The notes beneath the pieces were generated by a model. The model did not search any database, was not told the DNA's origin, and worked only from the letters and a program-made list of their open reading frames with translations. The position numbers were made by a program, and so were the translations under genes. DNA of 64,000 bases from Antedon mediterranea. Lineage: Eukaryota > Animalia > Echinodermata. How positions within the stretch are numbered: the stretch's first letter is position 1; every line of letters starts with the position of its first letter. Shown here piece by piece: positions 26,701 through 37,933 of the stretch. The stretch spans positions 12,834,001-12,898,000 of the forward strand of contig NC_092671.1 in assembly GCF_964355755.1 (NCBI RefSeq), read 5' to 3'.

Positions 26701-29627
26701 CTATTCATTTTCTTTAGCAACTTTCTCCACTACAGACATGGACGAGAAGGAATGCCGAAGGGCTGAAGAGAACTGTAAGTTATACACTTTTCAGAATATT
26801 TATTTATCAATTATGTGTGTTTTAATGTGTCTTATGAAATGATCATAAAAATATGTATTTTTTAATATATGTGGCGTATTCACCAATTAAAAAAATATTT
26901 CACTTAAGAATTTTTAAAGAATTTCCTTTAAGTAGTATTTACTTTGAAGAATTTTTAAATTTTAAAGGTAAGTGTTACCCATAACAATATGTAAGTAACT
27001 ATCAATAGTTTCTATATATGAAAACATCTGTTTTATATCTCAGGTGACACACCAGCCTTTGAAAGTACCCCAAAAGATGTTTACGTTTTGCAAGGAGAGA
27101 GTGCCACTCTTACATGTAAGGTCTTAAACAAACATCTGCCTCTTATCACATGGCTCCGAGATCATGATGTTATTGCAAACGGTGGACGATTTCAGACGTA
27201 TTCAACTGTAGATGGGACATGTTGCCTGCAGATAGATGATGTTGATTACGACGATATTGGGGAGTACAAATGCTTGGCTGTTAATTCTGGAGGTGTTAAA
27301 CAAATTACAGCATATTTAGAAATTGCAGGTTAGAGCATACTGCATACATACAATTACGATAATTATATTTAATAAGTCAAATCAAAGATATTTTTTCTGT
27401 TGCAGTAGCCAAGTTTGCTATACAGAAACGATAACAGAGCATGGAAAGGAATTGGCCTCCCTACCATATAATGCCGAGGCTTAGTAAAATGAGCTCCTAA
27501 CATATCATTTCCCTACGTTCAGAATAAATTTGGGAATCACCTTTGCCTTTATACTATAAATGGCAAATATGATTGATAATAATATGTATTGTAATACCTA
27601 GATGAAAACGATGACTAATCAGATTATGTTTAAGATAGTAGTGGTAACGATAATGGTAATGCTGATGACATTGACGACAACAATATTAGCAGTAACTTAA
27701 AATTACATTATGAGCTTAAATTATTAGGACAGCTAATGATATTATCAATATCTACTTTAAAGAAACACCAATGATAAATCAAGCATTGGCAACTCAGTAC
27801 GCACTTGAAGGGCAAAAAGTACAGCTTGACTGCGAAATTGAAGGAATTCCAGAACCACATATTTCCTGGTACAAAGACGGTGTTTTAATTACTAAATCAG
27901 ATCGACACAGACAATCTGTAACGAAATATGATGTGTATTCGCTATCAATTTATGATTTTGAACCAAGTGATGTTGGAGAATACAGCGTACATGCTAGTAA
28001 TATGGCAGGGAGAACGTCATGCTCGGCTTTAGTTCAACTAAAAGGTAAATAAAAAAGAACCCCTTCAGAACAAAAATTTAATGTCTATGGTCATGTGAAT
28101 TGATCTTATATAATATAAACAGAAATGATACTCCTGTAGAGAGATGATTTAGTTTTTAGTAAGATTACATTGATAGGTTTTAAATATTTGTTACAGATGG
28201 AAATAATGTAATTATTAAGAAAAACGAAGATCTCGAAGATCACTACAATGTGTTAGAAGAACTTGGCAGGTTGGTAAAATTACATCAAACAAATAAATAA
28301 ATAATAATATTTTCGAATGCGAAAATTGTGTATTTCTATAAATTTTTCATCATTATTTCTGAGGTAACATTTAAATGTGAAAACAATATTATTTGATTTC
28401 ACTGTAAAATAAATATGATGTGAAAATTAGGGGGGCAAGATTGGATTGGATTGATTTACTAAGTGTCCAAATTGAGCCTAAACATATTATGGGTGGGACT
28501 ATACTTTAGTATAGGATTATACTCAGTCATACGGTATTTATTGAAAGTTTGCATTATCTTAATTAGAGGAGCATTTGGAATAACAAAACGGTGCATTTCA
28601 TTTGATGGGAATAAAACGTATGCAGCTAAAATTATCAGGATACGAAATGGGAACAAAGATGATATTTATAGAGAAATCGATATTATGTCATGTCTGGATC
28701 ATCAGAGACTAATCAAGTTGTATGATGCTTATGAAACTAGAGGTGAAATCACAATGGTAATGGAAATGTATCCTTTAAAACATTCATTTGTCTTATGTAC
28801 AAAATAATTTTGGTTTGAATAAATAAATATTAGATCGTATACATATTTTCTTCATTTTAATGAATAACACTTACTAAGTTAGAATACATATACCACAATT
28901 AAACTTACGTAATATAAAAATCTTCTGATATGTCTCCCTCTATAGGTTAAGATAATCTTTACCATGCCTCAAGCTAAAAAGTTTTTTTCTAATTCAAATT
29001 ATTTAATTGTTTTTTATTTGTATTGTAATTTCATAGGATGATGTACATCATCATTATAAGTCTATTAATTTAAAATAGCAATAATAATAATCCTTAATAT
29101 TATGAAAACTACAAATTAATTGAATATAATACAAAAAAAATCAGACATAAAATCTAAACTGATCAGTGATATACTAATTTTTAAATGAAATTTTAAAACA
29201 AGGAGAATGATAAAAAGTTGTACCAACGAAGATTCGAACTTGGAATATTCTGCTTGATATGCAGACATCCTACTATTAGACCACTGGGGCTTTCATGATA
29301 TTGTTCAAAACAGTAGTAGCAGGTATTCATATGATACTGTATGAGAAATTTTATTTTTAAATATATTAGTTTACACTACTATAAGCAATCACAAACTAAC
29401 CCTGCCGGAAGACATAATCCTTATTGATAGGAATAAAACATGTTGTGGCTTCTAGAACAATAGGCCTAGCCTACAGGTCATGAGAATGTGTAAATCTCAC
29501 CAAACTAACCAAAAACGTTTAAATCAAAATACAATATCTGGAATTAAGTAATATTGACAATTAAAATTTTTGCTACTGTTTTTTTTTCTCGTAGACCTAA
29601 ATCCTACAGGGTTGATTCTCCTAATAC

Positions 29628-29693
<66 letters not shown>

Positions 29694-32600
29694 TTATTAC
29701 TTCCATTCTAATCATGTATTACTGTAAATATAATGAATAAATATGAAATCTATGGTATCTATGTCATAGCAGAATAACCTATATTCATACAGATTTGGTA
29801 TTATAATACTCTATTGTGCTTGTAAGTACAGCATGATTCTACCAAACAATATAGATTAAGCTCATATCCTGTACTGTTTACATACAGGATACTTGAAACA
29901 CATCCACTGATAACACCCCTTCATAATGAATGGTACAGTCTGGTCTTCAGATCAAAAGACCATAGATGATAATCTGTAGGGTGGTAATCAGAGGCAAAGT
30001 TAAACTTTTTCGACTGATTGGAATCAGAGAATGGCGATTTAATAGGCATAATATTTATATATTGTTGGTGTGCATATGGCATACTTGTTCTCAATGGATT
30101 GTCTATCACATTTATTATAGGATTTTAATGAAGGGTTACGTGTTTTCAAAAACATGGAAGATTTAGAAAGGTACGTAAACTTCACAGTTTATACAAAGGT
30201 AGGACTTACTGATTTAAATAAAGATTAAATTTGATTTGGATTGTTTTAATCAGGTATAACTCTGCTAATGGAATTGTTTAATTTCATACCAAATTTATTA
30301 CAACATTATTCATAATAATACTCTATAATTAGGCCTAAAGCAGAGAATTGTTCTTTTAAATTAAAATAAGTTTTTGATCTTTTTTAATTGAATTTCATCA
30401 ACTGGTGTAATTATACTACTACAGTATTAGAAAAGAAGTTTTGTTTTTACTTTCCACATATTTGTATGTAGTTGGTTTATAGTAGTAGCATAATTTAGTA
30501 TTGTTTCAATATGAGGCAATATGTTCCTTTTATTTTTCATTGTCAAAGAACAAATATTACATCTTGTTTCAATTCAAGGCCATGTAATTTAGTAAAAGCT
30601 TGTCTGCAAAATTCCTCTTTAAAACAGAATTAATCTACGAGATGTGTGGCAAATAGAGAGGCACCAGTGAATGTTTCGTGCCAATATTTTATAGCCCAGC
30701 TATTCAACCTATGAGTCATGAGCTAACAACCACCTGATCATGCTACATTTGTAACCCCACCAAACGAAAACAGTAGCCTAAAAGACCTCCATGTTCAAAT
30801 TAAACAGTAACCTACAAACACAGTTTACCTATTCGACATAACAATTGTAAACAATGAAGCCCTATAACAATGAACACTTTTTGAAATTTGCTAAGCCTCC
30901 CTAGTGGGATCTTTGGGCCTTTTGTACCCCACTACAGAATACCTTTAAAACACATTGCAAATGAACAAGTAAATATTAGCACAGTACAGTATACAAATAA
31001 AACCAATAAACACAATTGTATATATACTCCTATACCTAATATGTACAATTTTTAAGTACATGCCTAACAAAATCCACTACTTTGATCAGAGTGTTGTTTA
31101 CGTATGTATGTTTATAACTATAATATAAATATAATTAAAATATATTTTAGTACTCTTGAACCAGGTCATATAGGTAAAAGTGCTGAATGAAAGTTCAGAG
31201 CAAAATAGAATAAATTGACTAAAACTTTTTGATTTTAATTCACTATGGGCTGTTTCATGAGGGTTCGCGGGTGTATAGCTCGGAATTTTGGCCAACTGTA
31301 TGTTCAATCTCTATCAGTATATATACTGTTACATGAGACTCACTAAGGTGAGGAGATCATATTTTACGAGACATGCACTCTTCAAATATTATTAGAGTCA
31401 AGGTGGAAATGCTATACTTTTTTTTATTACTGAATCCAATATAGTATATGCCCTTGAAATTGGAAAAAAAAAACAAGCAATACAAAAAATCATGAACAAA
31501 TAATACCAGAATATTCATTAGAAATATTTTCTTAACCTGCAATTAACAGTGTGACTGGTGGTGAATTATTTGAGAGAATCATAGACCAGGAATCATTCAC
31601 CGAAGACAGAGCAGCCTTCTTTATACGACAAGTTCTTGAAGGTCTACAGTACATGCACAAGAAAGGTGTTGTCCACCTCGATCTGAAGGTAAGAATCCAG
31701 AATGAAATGGCCAACTACTACTATAGAACATTTAAATTGGGATATCCCTATTCAGGGAACACTTTTTCACAAAACAAAAAATATTAACACTACAGTAAGG
31801 GACACTTTGTTGTGTCCAAAAAGTGTCCTACTATACTTCTATTCTACTATTAAAGACTACTAGCTTTTTTCTCATTTACAAAATCACTGATTAAGCCAGA
31901 TAGAGAGTAAGAATAGGAACTAAAGAAAATATCAAAGAATAATCACAGATCATAAAGGGTTCAACTTCCACTTTCATATGATTCAGCATTTTTTTTTTAA
32001 ATTATAAATAAAAATTATATATTTATGGCATTGTGGGAGAACAGTCGTTTTCTACTGAACAGACAGCCCAGTATAAAGAATAAAGAAATTAAAATCCTCA
32101 AATCAGTATATACAAAAGCTGCAGTAAGTCTGAAAACTAAAAGCCTAAAATATTTATAACAAAAGCTCAATACCAGTATATAACATATTTTCAGAAAATC
32201 TATACTTTTAGATATTTTGCAGGAAAATACATGGACAATAATTTTATACTAATATCTAAAAACAATGTACTGCTCTACAAGTTTCCTTTATTGTAAAGTA
32301 TAAGTATGTCTTAGATGAAATGATTAAAACTGATAGATTAAAATAATACAAAGGAAAATAAAATGAATTATCAAGAAATGATGCTCTTTTGGTCTACCTT
32401 TCATTCACACTTAATTCATTTTGTAAAAAAACGATAAATGAAAAAAATTTATAAAATAAAGTAAGATGCATTTAAAAAAAGATTGTTCGTTTTACAACAA
32501 TTACAACTAGTTGAACACAATGGAAAAGAAAATCCTTCAAAATAAAAAATAATGTGTTTATCATATTATTGCTCAAAACAAAACTAAAATGATTATGGTT

Positions 32601-35600
32601 CTGTGATAAGGGATTTTATTATTGTCTTATTTTGTCCTTGAATCAATTACTAATTTCTGGTATTGTTTGACTGATTAAGGTTAATTATCTATTTTATAAC
32701 TTATTTTTGCTTTCTGTTTATATCATATTGTACACTCACTTTAAGCTTGAAATGATTGTAAAGGTGAGTCTTGTGTTCATTCTGAACATAATATGAGAAT
32801 GAGCTGTTTGTACTAAGACTCATCGTTATGTGGTAGGGTGGCCTTCTTTCCACCCCGTCTTATCCTCCCTACTGTAGTATTTTCGACCAGGTACAGTGGA
32901 CTGTTGAGTGGACTGGGAGTTGTCGGAAATTGAACCCGGGTTTCTCTGTAGGACAATCAAGTATCCTAACCACTCGGCTACCCAAAGTGTTTCTACGAGG
33001 TTAAAATTAACCCATCTTTGACCTTTTCAATGCACAATATTATTAAATAACGTTTTAGGTATTTACGCTTCTTGTAAATCCAACTACAAACAAATGATAA
33101 CAACCAATGAACACTTATAATATCATGCATGATTATTTTTCTATTATTATATTTCAGCCGGAAAATATTCTTCTAGAGTTCGGAAACCGAGATGACATTA
33201 AGTTGATAGATTTTGGATTAGCACAGAAATTACTTCCAGGGAAAAATATCACATGCAAAAAAGGAACCCCGGAATTTGTTGCACCAGAGCTTGTGAAGCA
33301 GCAACCAGTTACAAAAGAGAGTGACGTGTGGAGTGTTGGAGTTATTGCATATATATTGTAAGTATGAAAGTAGAATACGAAAACTACTAAAATAGAAATT
33401 ATAGTAAGATACTATTAGTAAAGACAGGTTTGCTTTTATGTTTTCAAAAGGAAATTGAGAAAGGTTGAGATCTACACATTTACTACAGTATTTATCCAAC
33501 AAACCTTTAAATAATATTGTAAAAATTAAATAAAATTAATATGTAAATATAGTGGAAATATAACTAATATAAAAGCTGGTAGCCTATTTTTTATTTTAAT
33601 GTGGTTACTCTTACAGTATCTACTATTATTATTAACCATTATTTCCATGCCCAATGAAAGGGATAAATATAATCTGTTTTCAATGATTCCAGATTACTTA
33701 TTAATAGTACATTTTCAGTTTATCCTATGAAACATTAGTTTAAAAGGTTATAAGATTAACATAGTAAGCCTAGATTATTTAAACTTACACACAATAGTAT
33801 TTTGCTCCTGGCATGAACAGCAATTTAAAAAGATATTTTGTTGATAAAAAAAGGACTGAAATAAAAGGATAATTTAGAGGATAAGCAGCTATATTGGGGT
33901 TTAATTATTATTTATTATGACCATGCTTATTGACATAATGTCTTAATAATATAATAATTTACTACTGTGTCTTAATTTTCTTTAGGCTTAGTGGATTATC
34001 ACCATTTCTTGGAGATACAGATAGAGACACATTATTGAAAGTTAAAAGTAGTGAATGGGATTTCGATGATGAAGTATGGGATACCATCTCAGACGATGCT
34101 AAAGAGTTTATATCTAAACTTCTGAAAGAAGAACCAAGGTAAATAGAGTAATGCAAAGTTTTATCGTGATGATGAGAAATTAAAGCTCAGGTACAGGCAT
34201 GAATTTTAAATATAATATTTGGTTAATTGTACATAAATCAAATATTTGTAACAGAAATCGAGACGAAAAAACATGAATTTCCCTTAATATGGTCAAATAC
34301 AAAATTTGGCAAAATTCTTCCATAAAAACCAGGAAGACTTTTTTTCAATAGTTAGGTAGTTAACCTAATGTAATAACATGTCTGGTGACTCCCTAGACGG
34401 TGAAAAAAGATGGTGGATATACGGTGGATAATTTTTGCTATAGCATGAAAATAAAAATCTGAAGTTGAATAAAAATATCAGAAATGTAATATTCAAGTTA
34501 TATTACCTATATTTAGTCATCTGATAACATTTTTTACCACACTGTTTATTTTCCATAGCTTTTTAAAATGCCTCTCTATTTACAAAATTTGTGTACAAAA
34601 GAATAGAGATTTTACCGTGTAATTTGAACTATCCCCCCACTGATAAGAAAGTGCTTATTTTCAACAAGCTCGTGTAACACAAATAAAATCCCCAAAATTA
34701 TGAAACATAGGGGAAACTATAGATCGATAATTATTGGAATGTATGATCAATAGAAATTTTTTGCCCGTACCTGGCCTTTAATTTCAAAAGTAAATATTAT
34801 GAGCAAAATAAGTCAAAGTTTGTTCTTGTTTCTATTTTCATTCATTCTTTCTTGTTTACAAAATGATACAAAAGAATTAAAGCTCTAGGTCAATCTCTAT
34901 AAGACACAATAAATTTATAACAAGCAACAATGTTGTTATAAGACCCTCTTACAACCCACATGGTACTTGAAAAAGTTATTCAAATACAAAAGATCAATAA
35001 GTAATTCAATTACCATTGAATTATTAATTCATATTTTCAGTGACAGACTGGCTGCCGAAAAGTGTCTGCAACACAAATGGCTTAAGGTAAATTTGTTTAT
35101 TTTTTCTGAAGAAATGACCAAAAATCAATAAAATAGTCTAAATATTGCTTTATTTCATAGATATATAGCTTACCACTGTGAGGTGGCTCATACTAAAGTC
35201 TGCAAACTAATGATTTTGAAAATGGTGTTTTAGATGACTTTGTACATTATTTTGTTCAATTGAATTATTTTTAAGGTTGAAGAATTGAAATATGCAGAAA
35301 AAGAAAGAGCCAGGATAAGCACGACTAGATTAAAAACTTTCAACTCTCGAAGAAAATGGCAGGCAAGTAATTTCTTATTTTTACTGTATGTCAAAAGCAG
35401 TATCATAGTATGCATACTAAATCTGAAGATTAAATCGTATGCAATGCATACAATAAAATATATACTGTATAAGTCACCCAACCCATCCAGAAAACAAAAA
35501 GAAAATTGACAGAAATATTTCTTTTTGTTTTGTTTTGAAGAGTTATTAAGCCTACAAATTCTTTTAATTCAACGGACCCACCTTTATCCTTTATATCAAT

Positions 35601-37933
35601 ACACTACTAATACTATTCATTTATCTCTTTTCAATATACAGAGAGCGTTGACAGCTGTGAAATCTGCTATTAGAATATGTCGTCTATCATCGCTAACAAG
35701 TATAAAAAATGGATCGGGAAAAAGTGCAAATACTACAGTAACCTGTACAGAAGAACCAATATTGGAAGGAGGAACAATTTCAAAATCAATTATTCAAACA
35801 GCAAAAACATGTAGCAAAGATGTACCAAATAAGTCTACAACAAATCAAGAGAATTTGAAGACCGGAAAAGTTGCAGGAGTAATACGAGATATGGAAAGAA
35901 GAATCTCCGAAACAGACCGTGGAGATTTTACAAATAACACTAAAGGTATTGATGAATACAGTAATGTTGCATGTCTAGAAAATGACTGCAGTGATTGGAT
36001 ACAAACAGATAACCGTTTGGAAAGTAGCAATTTACAACCAATTAACAAGGATATTCCTTATGCTGAATTGAATGCATGCAACTGTAATGTTGAAAAAACT
36101 AACAAAGAGAGTACACTAGGTGAAGACACAAATTGTGTGCATGTGAAAAATGAAAGTTGTGTCTCGCATGTAGACCATGTAGCAATAGAGGACACACAGT
36201 TTGTCTCGCATGGAAATTCAACAGAATCTAATAATGTAGAAAACTGTAATACACAACATAAAGAAGCAATTTCACAAATACCACTTACGATGGATGCTGA
36301 ACCCAATACAGTTGTCATTAATGCATCAGATGACATAGGACGAACATTTTCATTAAAATTAGAATCTTCCCATATGGTATCTGGTCTTACAATTGAATCT
36401 CCAGCTGTAATTTCTTCGGTCTCATCAGACACACTTGCATCAAATTGTGATGCTGTGACAACTCTTGTGGGGTTCTTTTCGGAGAATTCATCAGATTCTA
36501 TAACAGAAGCACTTCCAAAAGCAGCAGCTGATTTGCAATATGGTTTATTGAACCAAGAGAAGGAACCAACTTTAAGTTACATTGATAGAAATGGAAATAC
36601 AGGTAGACAAAATGGAGAGAGCAGTGCTTTTTCCAACCAAACGAGTAAAAGTAATGGAGAGAGCAGTGCTTTTGCCAGCCAAAAGAGTAAACGTAATGGA
36701 GAGAACAGTGATTTTGCCAGCCAAATGAGTAAAAGTAATGGAGAGAACAGTGCTTTTGCCAGCCAAATTAGTAAAAGTAATGGAGAGAACAGTGCTTTTG
36801 CCAGTCAAACAAGTAAACGTAATGGAGAGAGCAGTGCTTTTTCCAACCAAACGGGTAACAGTAACAAAGAGAGAAATGTTTTGGCAAGCCATGGAAATAA
36901 AAGTAATGAAGAAATCAGTACAATTGCTAGTAGTAAAAGTAGTAATAAGAGCACTGCTTTAGCCAGTCAAAGAAGTAAAAGTATTGGCGATATCAGTGCT
37001 TTTGTTGATCAAGGTAATACCAGTATGAGAAGACGTCGACTCATTAAGTCTTTGACAATTGACCAGCCAAATCTTGACAAACAAACATCCTGTGCAACAC
37101 GTAGAAGGATTTACTCAGCCAATGATGAAATTGAACCAAATTCACAAGAAAGTCTCGATAGTGTTTTCACTGATATTCTTGATGATGCAACAACATCAAG
37201 GTCTTCATCATCTTCAGATTCAACTTCACGTCAACTGCCTTCAACAAGACGAACATCAACACTTTTCAGCATATCAGAAAATGAGGACATTAAAAAAATA
37301 GAGAATCCTAGCGAGGCAAATAGCCCCCCATCTACAACAAATAAGTTAATAAAGCGGAGGTCGACATACCAAAAATGGTCACAAGAATCGCAAGACTCAA
37401 TCGATGTACCAATTAATAAAAAATCTGAAGAATTTTTTTCACAAATGAATACGGATATCATGGCTGCTGATGCTGGTCGTCAATCAAAGTCAAAGAAACG
37501 TAGAACTGGATTTGCATTTCAACCGGGGCAAGATTCAATCCCAGCAAATGCTTTCTTAAACACAAGTGAAGAAGAATCACCTAAAATGTTGTCAGTTGCT
37601 GCAGTGATGATGAAGCTGCATATGAACAGACAAACATCGAGGACACCGAAAACAACCGATGAAACAGATAAACCAAAAACTACTGAAAGACCTAGTTCAA
37701 AAAAAATTACACTTACTGGTCAACAAAGAGAGCTTTCTCCACAAGATATTGAAAACAATCTAGACTTTCTTACAATATCGGATGATGAAAATTTAAACTT
37801 TCCTATCACATACAAAATGTGGCAATTACAAAATAATAAATATGCCAATATGGTTGTTGGTGGTTTATTTGGACTTTTTCTTGGCCTTTTATTTAGGTTT
37901 ATTATATCTATTATAACTGACATTATCCTCTGA
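23768..37933 (+). CDS. Long MLCK-family kinase: disordered N-terminus, 3 Ig, kinase, CaM helix, long disordered tail, C-terminal hydrophobic anchor (~1762 aa, 14 exons)
   Basis: Exons 23768-23841, 24348-24496, 24792-26042, 26718-26774, 27044-27328, 27763-28044, 28197-28269, 28567-28767, 31550-31688, 33158-33357, 33986-34138, 35041-35086, 35276-35362 and 35642-37933 join in frame (5289 nt). Motifs: GRGAFG, AAKII, HLDLKPEN, DFG, GTPEFVAPE, RRKWQRALTAVKSAIRI. The first two exons are less certain. Confidence 0.88.
27452..27551 (+). mobile_element. 3' fragment of tRNA-derived SINE family C
   Basis: ccctaccatataatgccgaggcttagtaaaatgagctcctaac...ccctacgttcaga...cctttgccttta matches 47663-47754. Confidence 0.8.
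29223..29290 (-). pseudogene. tRNA-like relic (pseudo-tRNA or SINE head)
   Basis: The - strand reads GCCCCAGTGGTCTAATAGTAGGATGTCTGCATATCAAGCAGAATATTCCAAGTTCGAATCTTCGTTGG, with A box, anticodon stem TCTGC/GCAGA and B box GTTCGAATC. The acceptor stem is broken. Confidence 0.55.
29628..29693 (+). repeat. (AAT)n microsatellite, about 22 units
   Basis: Perfect AAT run. Confidence 0.95.
32758..32983 (-). mobile_element. Near full-length tRNA-derived SINE family C
   Basis: The - strand has GGGTAGCCGAGTGGTTAGG (A box) and GGGTTCAATTTCC (B box), then ccactca...cctggtcgaaaatact...ggccaccctaccacataa...cctttac, homologous to 47541-47754. Confidence 0.85.
34184..34777. mobile_element. Non-autonomous TIR transposon with TTAA TSD (Kolobok-like)
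   Basis: ttaa|agctcaggtacaggca ... tgcccgtacctggcct|ttaa. Confidence 0.7.
35363..35641 (+). other. GC-AG intron splitting the CaM-binding helix
   Basis: TGG CAG|gcaagt ... tacag|AGA GCG. It is at the same position as TGG CAG|gtaagt (17026) in the short paralog. Confidence 0.85.
36611..37025 (+). repeat. Coding 42-bp tandem repeat (14 aa, NGESSAFASQxSKS): 6 good and about 4 degenerate copies
   Basis: aatggagagagcagtgctttt.c.a.ccaaa..agtaaa.gt repeated from 36611 to 36862, decaying to about 37025. Confidence 0.9.

Larger units (their letters stand above)
28768..31549 (+). other. U12-type (minor spliceosome) GT-AG intron, 2782 nt
   Basis: 5' splice site GTATCCTTT; branch site TTTTCTTAAC at 31527-31536, about 14 nt before the AG, with no polypyrimidine tract. 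Splicing restores ...VMEI-VTGGELFER. Confidence 0.9.

Noticed and set aside
29223-29290. Functional tRNA gene
   Set aside because: The acceptor and T stems do not pair and the anticodon loop is atypical; kept only as a relic.
29524-29715. Poly-tyrosine ORF on the - strand
   Set aside because: It is a translation of the (AAT)n microsatellite.
36611-36862. CRISPR-like repeat array
   Set aside because: Contiguous in-frame coding repeats without unique spacers, in a eukaryotic exon.
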